From positions 1 to 64,000 of the IMG/VR virus record IMGVR_UViG_3300017971_000272: 64,000 nt of DNA. The stretch is one strand, 5' to 3'. Made by a program: the position numbers and the translations under genes. This document shows positions 48,183 to 58,468 of the stretch, one piece after another; the first letter of the stretch is position 1, and each line of letters starts with the position of its first letter. The DNA is from a virus. The notes under the pieces are model-generated. The model did no database searches. It was not told where the DNA came from and worked only from the letters and a program-made list of their open reading frames with translations.

Positions 48183-48583
48183 TATTCCTCCAATTCCAAG
48201 ATATTTACTAATATCTCTAATTCTTTAATGAGTTCTTCTGGATCATTTTGTAATGTTTTTATTTTTTCTTTTTTCCTATATATCTGTATAGCCTGTTTCA
48301 TTAAATTCATTATGTCTTTGATTTGATTATGTTTATTAGAATGCTTGCATGGTTTATCACTTTGTAAATTAGCGTTTTTTAAATCAGTATCTTCTAAATC
48401 AGTATCTTCTAAATCAGTATCTTCTAAATCAGCATTTTGTAGAATAGCTTCTTTTAGAATAGCTTCTCGTAAATCAAAACCTTCTAAATCAATTTGTTTA
48501 CCTTCTTTAAAATCACTATCTAACCATAATTTATGATTTTTGAGTTTTTCTTGTAATTCGGATTCTGTTATTTTTGTTTTCAT
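48182..48583 (-). CDS. Pentapeptide-repeat protein
   Basis: HKLWL then (A/T)DLxx repeats; exact 15-nt tandem units at 48381-48425. Confidence 0.8.
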   Translation of the reverse strand: MKTKITESELQEKLKNHKLWLDSDFKEGKQIDLEGFDLREAILKEAILQNADLEDTDLEDTDLEDTDLKNANLQSDKPCKHSNKHNQIKDIMNLMKQAIQIYRKKEKIKTLQNDPEELIKELEILVNILELEE

Positions 48584-48594
48584 GATGTTCCTTC

Positions 48595-49281
48595 TTAAAA
48601 TATATCATCAGGAGATTTAGTATCTTCTTTTAATTCTATATATTTGTGTATTTGGATATTTATAATAACATTTAGTTTATCTTTTACACACCAATCAATA
48701 AGCACAGCAGGATCAAATATCCCATGCATGGGAGATAAGGCGAATTGGCACTTGCATCCATGACTTTTTAACTGACTAATGGCCTCTACAGCTTTTAAAT
48801 AATCCTTCTTACTTCCTATGATAAACTTAATGATATCTTGGGGCCTGCTATACAATGGATTATCATGATTAATGTTATTCCATTTATATGTCTTGGTAGT
48901 ATCAAATAATTTATAATCTATGATGAAACTATCAACCCAATTCATATAATTATAAACAGGACGTGTTCCATTAGTCTCAATACTAATATCGTAATGACGA
49001 TTCTTCAAATATTTTAAAAAATCATACATATCTTCTTTGGGTTGAAGCAAAGGTTCTCCACCCGTTATAGTAACTTTTTTAATTCCTTTTTTGGCTACTT
49101 CGTTATATAGTTCCTTGGATGTGAATTCGGAGTATTCTTTATTGGCATATTTAGTATCACAATATTCACATTCTTTTTCTAAATTACATCCAAAGAACCT
49201 AACAAAAGTAGTTACTCGTCCCTGATGAAAACTATTAACTTCACCATCTATGCTTGAAAAAATACTATGTACTTTAAACAT
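48595..49281 (-). CDS. queE: 7-carboxy-7-deazaguanine synthase (radical SAM)
   Basis: IFSSIDGE..FVRFFGC..C..CDT, TITGGEPLLQ, IETNGT, QIHKYI. Confidence 0.88.
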   Translation of the reverse strand: MFKVHSIFSSIDGEVNSFHQGRVTTFVRFFGCNLEKECEYCDTKYANKEYSEFTSKELYNEVAKKGIKKVTITGGEPLLQPKEDMYDFLKYLKNRHYDISIETNGTRPVYNYMNWVDSFIIDYKLFDTTKTYKWNNINHDNPLYSRPQDIIKFIIGSKKDYLKAVEAISQLKSHGCKCQFALSPMHGIFDPAVLIDWCVKDKLNVIINIQIHKYIELKEDTKSPDDIF

Positions 49282-49484
49282 TTCCTATCTCCATTATTAG
49301 AATTCAAATACAACTACATCATTGTTTGTATCACATATTTTACATTTTATATTATGTATTATCTTATTATCTGACTGTATGGGATTTAATTGATTATTAT
49401 AAAAACGACCACTTACTAATGTATTACATTTTGAACATCTATAAGTTATTTTTAAATATATAACATTAGTCATGTTATTCATCC

Positions 49485-50162
49485 TTAAAATATATTTATT
49501 TCACTGATTATCTCACATAATTGGTTTTTAGTTAATTCAGCATAGCTATTAGGTGTTTCATATATTCGAACAAAAGATATCCCTTTTATATCCCCATCAA
49601 ACATAAGGGCTTTCCAGATCCATATAAGAAGATTTTCGGCTGTTGGGTTATATAAAAAATCATTCACATTGCCGTGATCTAATACATCAATTACATAAGT
49701 ATTGATAATTTTTTTTAGTTCCTTAAAATCTACCACCATACCTGTTTTTGGATCTATTCTGTTTTCAATACCAATCTGAACTTTCCATTCATGTCCATGC
49801 CATTTAGCACAGTTGCCATCATAATCTGGCAATCTATGACATGCTGCAAATGATAATTCCCTTACAACTGTTACATATGGACGTAACGATTGCTTCTGTT
49901 GATCCATGTCTTTAATGCATCGCTGACATAAAGGAATCATATTGGATGGCAGGAAGTTTTTGTTATTTTTATCTAAAAAATAAGGATAATTGTACTCATT
50001 ATCACATTTATAACAACAGGGTATGGAACGATCAAATTGTGTTGCATAATCATGTAGTTGACGATAAAACTTATCATAACTAAAACTTACATTGTTTTTC
50101 TGTACAGGGTTATTATCATTTCTTTTGAAAACCTCTATATCCTGTTCTAAGCTTTTTATCAT
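49485..50162 (-). CDS. queD: 6-carboxytetrahydropterin synthase with N-terminal Cys-rich extension
   Basis: FAACHRL..C...HGH, GMVVDF, LDH..N, PTAEN, YETP. Confidence 0.88.
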   Translation of the reverse strand: MIKSLEQDIEVFKRNDNNPVQKNNVSFSYDKFYRQLHDYATQFDRSIPCCYKCDNEYNYPYFLDKNNKNFLPSNMIPLCQRCIKDMDQQKQSLRPYVTVVRELSFAACHRLPDYDGNCAKWHGHEWKVQIGIENRIDPKTGMVVDFKELKKIINTYVIDVLDHGNVNDFLYNPTAENLLIWIWKALMFDGDIKGISFVRIYETPNSYAELTKNQLCEIISEINIF

Positions 50163-50179
50163 AATATAGCTCCTTTTTT

Positions 50180-50226
50180 GGGTTGATTAAATAGCATTAT
50201 ACATAAAATATATATTTAATCAACCC
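50180..50226 (-). promoter_or_regulatory. Promoter embedded in a 14-bp inverted repeat upstream of queD
   Basis: TTGATT-N16-TATAAT; GGGTTGATTAAATA (50180-50193) / TATTTAATCAACCC (50213-50226). Confidence 0.6.
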
Positions 50227-50249
50227 TATTTTTTAATTTTTTTAATTTT

Positions 50250-50579
50250 TTATTTAGTACGTTTCCTTGAAGGTTTTTTTAAAAACTTATCTAATTGTCT
50301 GGGAGTGCTTGCTCTTAAATCCGGAAATATTTTTTTCAATTCTAAATCAATATAGGTTTTTAAATTATTTATTTCCACTAATATATCTTGCAGGGATGTT
50401 ATATTGGATCTTCCAATATGTTTCCATATAGACCAATTTAAAGCCTCATTCAGTGTAGCATAATAGCCTAACACTTTTTGATATATGTCTTTTTTATTTT
50501 CAATTTTCTCATACAGAATAAATTGAGTACTATCACTTTTAAGATATAAATTTTTACCGATCTGGATATTAATAGGCAT
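50250..50579 (-). CDS. Hypothetical protein (DUF5405-like)
   Basis: SD..QFILYE..GYYATL.EAL; AGGGAG SD. Confidence 0.65.
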   Translation of the reverse strand: MPINIQIGKNLYLKSDSTQFILYEKIENKKDIYQKVLGYYATLNEALNWSIWKHIGRSNITSLQDILVEINNLKTYIDLELKKIFPDLRASTPRQLDKFLKKPSRKRTK

Positions 50580-50809
50580 AATTTTCTCCCTGTTTTAAGG
50601 TTTAAATTAATGGTAAAATGGCGCTTGAAACTTTATAGTGTACGTATCATTAAAAGATAAACTGATAATATATAGTGAGGTATGGGTTAAAATAATAAGC
50701 CTAATGTGCGCTAAATGAGAAGGCCAAATTTAAATTTAGATATATCTAAACACTGCTAAATAAATATATACAGTAATTTTAGAAATAAATCAACCCTGTT
50801 TTTTAATTT

Positions 50810-52369
50810 TTACCATGAAGATATAATAGCTCTGGATAAAGCAGGGCATTGCAATACCTTGATCATCTTCTTTTCGCTGGAATTATTGAACCTGGAAGCT
50901 ATTTTATTAATACGCATAATGCCTTTTTCTTTTTCTGGTTCAGTTTGGTTCAATCCAAAAAAAGAAGTGCCATAAGCTAATTTATTTTTGCTTTCTGAGA
51001 AATTACCTTTTTTAATCTGTTTAGCATCATAGCTCTTAGCATCTGCTTGGGTAGCTGTAATAACAGCTCCGTCTATCTCAAAAGACAAGGCTCTTAGATC
51101 TTTCCATATTTCTATCTGTTGTTCCCTAATACTAAGCCCTCTACCCTCATATCCTAAAATATCAGCATAATCTATTAACACTAAATCAGGTCTGAATTTC
51201 TTGCGTTCTTGTAAATCAAATAAATGATTTCTTATTTTTCTTATAGTTAATTCTCCAGTAATATAGGTTTTACTTTCAAATATTCCTAATTTTTTTCTTT
51301 TTTTCTTGATAGCTTTGATCATTTCTTTTTCAGAATATAATTTTATATACTGTTTTTTATACCATACAGTGCCTTTAAACACTTTTTTATTTTTACATGA
51401 TGTGCACGGGACATGCTTGGTATATTTATCTGCCTTACCATAAACAGTAGAGCTGTCCAAGTCCTGGATTTCAGTTTCAGTCATGTTTTTAAATATAACT
51501 TTATTTTTTGGACGATCTGATTTTTTACAACTGCCATTTTGATTCATAATACAATCCAAAACCGGATAATATACAGTTTCACTTTGCTCTTCATTGAGCA
51601 CAGCTTTAGTTAGATATGTCCATAGCTTAATATTAAGCTCTCCCTTTGTCATATCTCCAGCTTGATAAAAAATAACATTCTTTTTCTGATTTATTGCCTT
51701 GGCTGCTATATCAAGCATTAATGTTGTTTTGCCTCTTTTTTCAGGTCCCATGAAACATACTAATGCTTTTCTATATATTTCATTGCCTATAAATTTATTT
51801 AGCTTGGAACTCATTTTGATGATGGGCTTTCTGTTTGCTTGTTCAATTGTTTCTTTAATCTTATCTTCAATATCAAGTGGTCTATAGGATAATTCATCAT
51901 CCCGTTCAATGAATCGGTATTCTTTTATTAATTTTTCAGCATCTTCATGATCATTATCTTGCAGGCTTTCTTTAATCTGCATGGATAAGTTGTCCATACT
52001 TATTTTTTTAAAATATTTAAATGTCTCATCTACTAAATAATCAACAGCAGGTAGCTTTTGTTTTTGATATTCTTCATCAATGCTATGTAGTATCTCTGTT
52101 AAATGCTCTTTTCTATCTTCTTGTATTTTGATGTTCTTCATTATTTCATTATCAAACAAAGTACGAAAACTTTCAGATCCTGGAACCTGATTATATTTTC
52201 TGAAATAACGCAAACACATTTTGGCTAATAATCGGCTATCTTTATCCACTAAATATTCAGATCTGTATTTTGATTCAATCTTACTGGAATATTCTTTGGA
52301 CATAATAAAACCAGTTATAATTTTTCTTTCCATATCATTTGAGAAATAATCATCAACGTAATCAATCAT
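50810..52369 (-). CDS. Replicative DnaB-like helicase
   Basis: Walker A GPEKRGKT, LVLIDYADIL, TATQ, FSE; Cys-rich insertion. Confidence 0.85.
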   Translation of the reverse strand: MIDYVDDYFSNDMERKIITGFIMSKEYSSKIESKYRSEYLVDKDSRLLAKMCLRYFRKYNQVPGSESFRTLFDNEIMKNIKIQEDRKEHLTEILHSIDEEYQKQKLPAVDYLVDETFKYFKKISMDNLSMQIKESLQDNDHEDAEKLIKEYRFIERDDELSYRPLDIEDKIKETIEQANRKPIIKMSSKLNKFIGNEIYRKALVCFMGPEKRGKTTLMLDIAAKAINQKKNVIFYQAGDMTKGELNIKLWTYLTKAVLNEEQSETVYYPVLDCIMNQNGSCKKSDRPKNKVIFKNMTETEIQDLDSSTVYGKADKYTKHVPCTSCKNKKVFKGTVWYKKQYIKLYSEKEMIKAIKKKRKKLGIFESKTYITGELTIRKIRNHLFDLQERKKFRPDLVLIDYADILGYEGRGLSIREQQIEIWKDLRALSFEIDGAVITATQADAKSYDAKQIKKGNFSESKNKLAYGTSFFGLNQTEPEKEKGIMRINKIASRFNNSSEKKMIKVLQCPALSRAIISSW

Positions 52370-53841
52370 TGTTTTCTCCTTTCATTAAAATTCCATCCGA
52401 TATCTTCTTCACAATGACTGATAAAACGGTTAAATGGATGACCTGGATTATCTGATTTTACATTAAATGTGTTTATATTTATTTTCATAATGTCATTCTT
52501 TTCCATCCATTCAACATAATCTTTTACAAAACGATACACAGATCCATTAAAATAACCCCTTACTTCACATCGCTCAAATGCCTCTTCAAACATATCTTTC
52601 TCTTCAATGGGATCAATGCCCATAGTTTGCCTACATGGGATGGTCTTCCAGTAATCAAGGATTGGAATAGTGGTTTTTTGTATTAACTGCCTTTTTCCCC
52701 CATTACTGTAAAATTTTGCATCTGTATTGTTAAAGGCAGTTAATATTAAATCAGTTATTTTGGGATTTGGATCATCTTTGAAGTTGGATAATTGACCTTT
52801 GATAATCATATTATAACTATTTAAGAAGGGAGATGGGATACCATATTTTTTATTTTGAACAAGAAATGTTGATAGAGAACGCCAATGTTTAATTTTTGGG
52901 TTATTTCTAATTTCTCTATATGATTTTTTAATAACCCTATCAATTTCCCGATATCTCCATTTTTTATTGGATATTTTTTTATCTAAATCTAATGTATCAA
53001 TGGCATATTTATTTAATTTATATTTTTTAATATATGTGCCATCCATCAAACTCAAAAGAATGGACAAACTATCTTTGTATGTTTTTTTATCTTCCCTATG
53101 TTTACATAGGCCATAAATATCTCCCCAATCATGGATAATCTTTTTAGCCTTATCTAAATTATAAGCTTCTTTGTCTTTAATCTTTTTTACATTGGAAGAT
53201 TGTTTTTTATTAAATTTAGTTCTTACTCTTTTAATTCCATTTAAAGAATTAAAAGTAAGACTAGATTGATTCGAAGAATCAATATGATCATGAATATGAT
53301 CATGAAGTTTATTAATCTTATTTTTATTATCTTTATCTAGAGATTCCTGAAGTTCAGGAGACTTGATTCCTGAACATAAGGAATCAAGTTGCCTTGTTTT
53401 TAACCAACTACTGATTTTATTGAATATATTGTCCAAATCTTCATCATCTAAGTAAATTCCTTCCATATTATCAATAATATATCCTATATTTGTCATGTTA
53501 AATCTATAGTAGTTTCTTGCTGGATTTCCTTTCAGTTTTATATCTATCAAATTTAGTTCTTTTAATTTTTTTATGATTTTTGACTGTGTGTTTTTTGATA
53601 TGGGAAGTTCTTTTTGTATATTTGATAATGTAAAATAAAAGAATTTCTCTTTGTCCAATTGTCCCTTTTGTTTAAAATAATTTTGCTTTGATAACATATA
53701 TCCTATCCACATAGCAGTTTCTATCCCGAGAAACTTTAAAATATTAGGATTAACATTCCAATGACCAAAATTAAAATAATCAATGGCTCCTTGTGCTGCT
53801 AATGCCTGTTCGTTACTTTGAGTTATATGAATATAGGACAT
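52366..53841 (-). CDS. Putative replication initiator (N-terminal wHTH)
   Basis: FFY.T...I..EL.IS...Q..II.KL..L..I...KG.PARNYY; upstream of the helicase. Confidence 0.65.
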   Translation of the reverse strand: MSYIHITQSNEQALAAQGAIDYFNFGHWNVNPNILKFLGIETAMWIGYMLSKQNYFKQKGQLDKEKFFYFTLSNIQKELPISKNTQSKIIKKLKELNLIDIKLKGNPARNYYRFNMTNIGYIIDNMEGIYLDDEDLDNIFNKISSWLKTRQLDSLCSGIKSPELQESLDKDNKNKINKLHDHIHDHIDSSNQSSLTFNSLNGIKRVRTKFNKKQSSNVKKIKDKEAYNLDKAKKIIHDWGDIYGLCKHREDKKTYKDSLSILLSLMDGTYIKKYKLNKYAIDTLDLDKKISNKKWRYREIDRVIKKSYREIRNNPKIKHWRSLSTFLVQNKKYGIPSPFLNSYNMIIKGQLSNFKDDPNPKITDLILTAFNNTDAKFYSNGGKRQLIQKTTIPILDYWKTIPCRQTMGIDPIEEKDMFEEAFERCEVRGYFNGSVYRFVKDYVEWMEKNDIMKININTFNVKSDNPGHPFNRFISHCEEDIGWNFNERRKQ

Positions 53842-53873
53842 GATAATCTCCCTTATTAAATATACTATTCAGA

Positions 53874-54242
53874 TCAATTATAAATACAATATTGTCCAAG
53901 AATATCAAAATTAAGCCTGTAGTAGTTTCTTGCTGGATATCCCTTAAATATCACCTCAATTATTTGTAGATTTTGTAGTTTTTTGATTATGTTTGATTGC
54001 TTTGAAAGGCTAAAACCAATTATTTCTTTCATGAGTTTTTTACTAATATGAAAAAAACCATCTTTATCAGTTTTATGGATATGTATTCTATGAGACATAT
54101 CATAAACATAAGCTATCCATATTGCACATTCTATACCTATATTACGTATAAGACTTATGCGTATATTTAAATCATCTACATTGCATAAATGATAATATGT
54201 TGGATTGATATTATCAGGAACTACAGCTCTTGATCTTTCCAT
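53874..54242 (-). CDS. Stand-alone wHTH paralog of the initiator N-terminus
   Basis: GIECAIWI..DGFF..KQSNIIKKL..KGYPARNYYRLN. Confidence 0.7.
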   Translation of the reverse strand: MERSRAVVPDNINPTYYHLCNVDDLNIRISLIRNIGIECAIWIAYVYDMSHRIHIHKTDKDGFFHISKKLMKEIIGFSLSKQSNIIKKLQNLQIIEVIFKGYPARNYYRLNFDILGQYCIYN

Positions 54243-54317
54243 ATCACGGATTCTCCCTGTTTTTATTTCGACAATCTAAGGTACTCTATGGACAGTTTTT
54301 GATACTATAAAATAAAA

Positions 54318-54532
54318 AGGTCATATTTAAAATGTGGAGTAATTGAGTATCTGATAGCAAGGAATTAAATGCTCTGTGTGAGCTGGCAGGTGCTAAGGGA
54401 TACTAAATTATTTTGGGAATAATATGATTAATTACTCCACATTTTAAATATGACCTAAGTTTTTTTAAATTCCCTATAATCTACAGTTCACAAATAAAAT
54501 AATATTAATTCCTTAAATTCATATTATTCCCA
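54318..54532. repeat. Interleaved inverted repeats (structured leader or origin)
   Basis: 27 bp 54318-54344/54430-54456; 14 bp 54414-54427/54519-54532; 10 bp 54359-54368/54505-54514. Confidence 0.85.
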
Positions 54533-54718
54533 TCTGCAATGGTATACAATTTAATAATAAAAATCAAGTATTTTTATTATTTGTAAAATCAGGTATTAAT
54601 TATTTAACAGTTACTATCTTGTATTGTGAATATTTCTCTGCAAATTGGACATCTCACATCAAAAGACCATTGTATTGTATCATAGCAATCTAATGAATAT
54701 ATAGACTGTGTTTTATGA

Positions 54719-55216
54719 TTATTTGTTATTATCTTCATAAAGCATATTATTATGATCTATAAAAGCTGTTAATGCAGTTCTAATTGATTGGAATAATGCA
54801 GTTCTAATCGGTTTGTTTTGTGTTTTAAATTTCAATTCCTCTGAATTATCTATCATCATTTTTAATAATTGAGTAGCTTCTTTCCATGCTGAATATAATT
54901 TCTTGTTATCAAATCCAATAATATTTAATATTCGATTATGTTTATTTTTTACATAGAAAGAAAAGTGATCTGGACAACCTCCGTCATAGTTATCTATAAA
55001 ACCTGTCCCATAAAGATCTTTTATTTCCATTAAGAATTGAATCTCTTTTTTACTGTCAGCATAATATAATATATCAATATCTTTTTTATCTTTATTATCT
55101 TTACAAAAAACAGTTGATCCGGTTAATGTTCCTTTTTTACGTAATCTTTTATATATGTCTGTTGGGATAGGTTTTTTTGATTTGAGATCATTGCTGATCT
55201 CATTCATGTCTATCAT
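54719..55216 (-). CDS. Possible nucleotidyltransferase-fold protein
   Basis: LTGS..DIDILY motif. Confidence 0.5.
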   Translation of the reverse strand: MIDMNEISNDLKSKKPIPTDIYKRLRKKGTLTGSTVFCKDNKDKKDIDILYYADSKKEIQFLMEIKDLYGTGFIDNYDGGCPDHFSFYVKNKHNRILNIIGFDNKKLYSAWKEATQLLKMMIDNSEELKFKTQNKPIRTALFQSIRTALTAFIDHNNMLYEDNNK

Positions 55217-55243
55217 AATATACTCCTTATCTTTTAGAATAAT

Positions 55244-55558
55244 TTATAATCCTAAAATCTTAATTTCTTCATCTGTTAATTTTGCCATTGCTTTTTTTCT
55301 AACAGCAGCTTCATGATCATATTTTGATTCATGCAATTCACATTCAACAACTTGCCATCCAGCATCATACCATTCTTTATTTTTTTGAAAAGTATAATGT
55401 GTTTCTTTTAAATTAACTTCAATTCCCATGATGCCCTGTTGATTGTTGGTGTATGCAATGGCATGATCTTTTTTAGCAAAGATTTTATCTACCACATAAC
55501 CGCCTTTTCCTTCTGTCATGTCTGTTGTTTTTTGCACTACATATACATATTTAATCAT
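55244..55558 (-). CDS. Hypothetical protein
   Basis: AGGAG SD; DMTEGKG and AMAKLTDEEIKILGL motifs. Confidence 0.7.
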   Translation of the reverse strand: MIKYVYVVQKTTDMTEGKGGYVVDKIFAKKDHAIAYTNNQQGIMGIEVNLKETHYTFQKNKEWYDAGWQVVECELHESKYDHEAAVRKKAMAKLTDEEIKILGL

Positions 55559-55570
55559 TGTTTTATCTCC

Positions 55571-55966
55571 TTAAATCATTTCTTTTAAGTTTTGAACAAT
55601 ATGCAAAGCTAATGTCATATAATCTTTAATTTGCTGTTTATTTGGGACAGGATCATTTACATTACTTAAGGAATGGATAGTTTGAAGAGTATCACAGAAT
55701 GAACATGATCCATATGATATTTTTACATACCAATATTTTGCAGGTGTTTGTTCTTTCGATGCAATAATGAATACTATTGTGCCTTCATATTCCCCATCAT
55801 CAATAATATGGATTTTATCTGGATCAGGTTCTTCACGTTCATCATCTGTTATTGCTTCAATAACAACTTTAACCAGTTGTTGATAATCTTCCATATGTTT
55901 TTTAGAAAATTCCTTTTTCAGTGCATTTCTTTTGTTATCAAATCTTTTAATAAAATATTTAATCAT
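55571..55966 (-). CDS. Hypothetical phage protein
   Basis: IDDGEYEGT..YGSCSFCDTL. Confidence 0.7.
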   Translation of the reverse strand: MIKYFIKRFDNKRNALKKEFSKKHMEDYQQLVKVVIEAITDDEREEPDPDKIHIIDDGEYEGTIVFIIASKEQTPAKYWYVKISYGSCSFCDTLQTIHSLSNVNDPVPNKQQIKDYMTLALHIVQNLKEMI

Positions 55967-55970
55967 TGTT

Positions 55971-56861
55971 TTATCTCCCTATTAGTTTATTCATCAATGA
56001 CTGTGCCTTATTTTTTGGCATTTCTCCTGGATCTTTATATCCTTTAAGTTTGATCATTTTAACATTTTTGCCTGTAAGCAGTAATGAATTTTTCATTTGT
56101 TTCGCTTTTTTTTGTCCTGGAGCATCTGTATCATATAAGATGTATATATTATCGAACTCAGTCATTAATCTTAGCTGAGAATAGGAATACTGAACTCCAA
56201 ATGTGGCTACTGCACCTGGACCTAACATCCATACATCAGCAGCTCCTTCAACTACTACTATTGTATCTCCAGGTACTTTATCATAACCATATAATACCTT
56301 TCTATGATCAATAATTTCATTATCTTTGCTTGCTGCTTTATATTTTAACGGGGATTTATTAGTGGAATCCCTCGATATAAAGGAAATTAGTTCGTTCTTG
56401 TAATAAATTGGAATAATGATTCTGTGCTTATATGGTCCTATTGGTCCACTTGATTTAACTTCCCACTTGATTTGTATTTCAGTCGGATCATAACCTCTTT
56501 TTGCTAAATAACGTTTATCGCGATCATTTAAAGGGATTGTTGTGGGCATTTTACAATGGTTTGTGCCTTGTTTTTTTATAGGACTATAGGTTGATCTTGC
56601 CTTACCTTTAAACTCCTTAAAGATGGCCTCTGATTGACTCCAGGATAAACCAGATAATTCTTTTATTACCTTAACTGGATGATGGCTTCCACATCTGTAA
56701 CAATTGAAATATCCTTTTTGTAGATTAAATCCTAAATGATATCCTGGATTACCTGTACAAAATGGGCAGGGAGCTTGTATCCATCCATTACGGCAATGTT
56801 TATGTCCCTCACTTACATATTCTATATTATATTCATTGTAAAATTCATTAGCATCAAACAT
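55971..56861 (-). CDS. DNA primase (Zn finger + TOPRIM)
   Basis: CPFC..CYRC, YLAKRG, RIIIP, VVEG.ADV, YDTD.PG, KDPG. Confidence 0.9.
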   Translation of the reverse strand: MFDANEFYNEYNIEYVSEGHKHCRNGWIQAPCPFCTGNPGYHLGFNLQKGYFNCYRCGSHHPVKVIKELSGLSWSQSEAIFKEFKGKARSTYSPIKKQGTNHCKMPTTIPLNDRDKRYLAKRGYDPTEIQIKWEVKSSGPIGPYKHRIIIPIYYKNELISFISRDSTNKSPLKYKAASKDNEIIDHRKVLYGYDKVPGDTIVVVEGAADVWMLGPGAVATFGVQYSYSQLRLMTEFDNIYILYDTDAPGQKKAKQMKNSLLLTGKNVKMIKLKGYKDPGEMPKNKAQSLMNKLIGR

Positions 56862-56863
56862 TT

Positions 56864-57918
56864 TTATTTATCCTTAATAAAAATATTCCATTCCTTGTTA
56901 GTTATTCCTGATATTAAAAACTCTCTATCATCTATTGATAGATGAGGCACTGCATTTTGTATTAATACTGATTCTTCTTTCCATGATGTATATTGTTGCT
57001 CTGTTATTTTAATATTTTTAGTTGTGATATTTCCAGTAATATCACTGCTGCAAGTAACATCTGCTGTACCATTTTTTTTAAATTTGATATTTTTAATCAT
57101 TTAGAATCTCCTTTTATGAAGAATCTTTCAATTATAATCACAATTGCTGATAATATACACACATCTATTGCCAATATTATTTCAAAGATAAAGTTCATAT
57201 TAGGTATCTCCTCTTAAACGTTCCTTTGCTAAATCAATGATAGCAGAAAATGGAATACTATTTGTTGTGCTATCATCCACTATGATATAGTTTTTACGAG
57301 TAAAGTTTAGGATTAAATCAAGAGTTGCTACAGCTAATTTTGGTTCTAATGATTCTATTTTTTCAATTTGATATCTTTTTATTGACATGAACTTCTCCCT
57401 GTTTATTTTAATATTTTATATGGATAACCTCCTTTTCTTCAAAATAATATTAGCAGTTTATTTAGAAACAATTATACAGTTCAATAAATTCAGCACTAAC
57501 ATAACCAATAGCATCTCCAAATTGGCATTTATATGCATTTTGTTTCTTGTCATAATCAATAACAAATACTATTTTGTTGATGCCTTTAATCAGTGCTGTC
57601 ATGTTTTTATCTCCCTGTTTGATTATTTGTTACTCTTGATTACAGTTATACAGAAGATTAAAAATAAAGTCAACCCTATTTATTAAATTTAATATTTATT
57701 TTATTATTTTTTAAATTATCATCAAACCATTTTTCAACCGGACATTTGCAATAATCACCTTTGCAAATTTCAGCAGCATCATGTTGTTTAATCATACTAC
57801 ATACTAAAATATCAAATCTTATATTTGGATCTGTGCCTGATGGGAATTCTTCAAAGAATGGGCATTGGGGATGTTTCTTTGTCCCTCTGAAAACATCACT
57901 TCTAAACGTGATTTTCAT
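56864..57918 (-). other. Small early hypothetical ORFs (56864-57100, 57200-57388, short ORF from 57602, 57676-57918)
   Basis: SD-preceded; 56864 has the IQNA.P.LS.DDREFL.SG motif. Confidence 0.6.
57629..57677 (-). promoter_or_regulatory. Promoter cassette copy
   Basis: 49 bp identical to 59130-59178; TTGACT-N17-TATAAC. Confidence 0.88.
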
Positions 57919-58114
57919 GGAATAAAACCTCCAGTTAAATTAAAAAGATAAATCGCTAAATATTGTAGTTAAAAAATTAAAAAGATAAACGGAAAGATAA
58001 TTAGATATACTGTAAATATTAAAAACAAAAACAAAAACTGCTGCAACTGCTATAAACGTAAAAATCTTATTCATAGGCTTCCTTACTTTTTCATTTTATT
58101 TATTCAATCAATAC

Positions 58115-58468
58115 CTATTTAAAAATCATGTTACTAATAATACGTTGTTTACAAGCATTACATCTGCTCATTAGATCGTTAATATTATATATAAGATCTG
58201 CTTCAGCCTCAAGATATTCACTTGGAAGATATGATACATCAGGTTGTTGAAATGGAGATTTATGATTCAAGTCCCTATTTTCCATTTCAACAACTAACTG
58301 ATCATGTCGTTCTTGCATTTTTAGAGGCATAATTTGCACTATTGGGAACATTCGTTTGTCGATACGATACTTTTTTATAAAAATATGACGATGTTTATGT
58401 ATTTCTCCATGTTCCCCAAGTAAATGTTTTTTACAAAGTAATTTAGGATCTAACATCCACATGCGCAT
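58115..58468 (-). CDS. Pyrimidine dimer DNA glycosylase / endonuclease V family
   Basis: MRMW..P..LC.KHLLGEH.E.H..RHD.LV.EM..R..H.SP. Confidence 0.8.
   Translation of the reverse strand: MRMWMLDPKLLCKKHLLGEHGEIHKHRHIFIKKYRIDKRMFPIVQIMPLKMQERHDQLVVEMENRDLNHKSPFQQPDVSYLPSEYLEAEADLIYNINDLMSRCNACKQRIISNMIFK

Noticed and set aside
48381-48425. Iteron-like 15-bp tandem repeat
   Set aside because: Explained by pentapeptide coding repeats (EDTDL).
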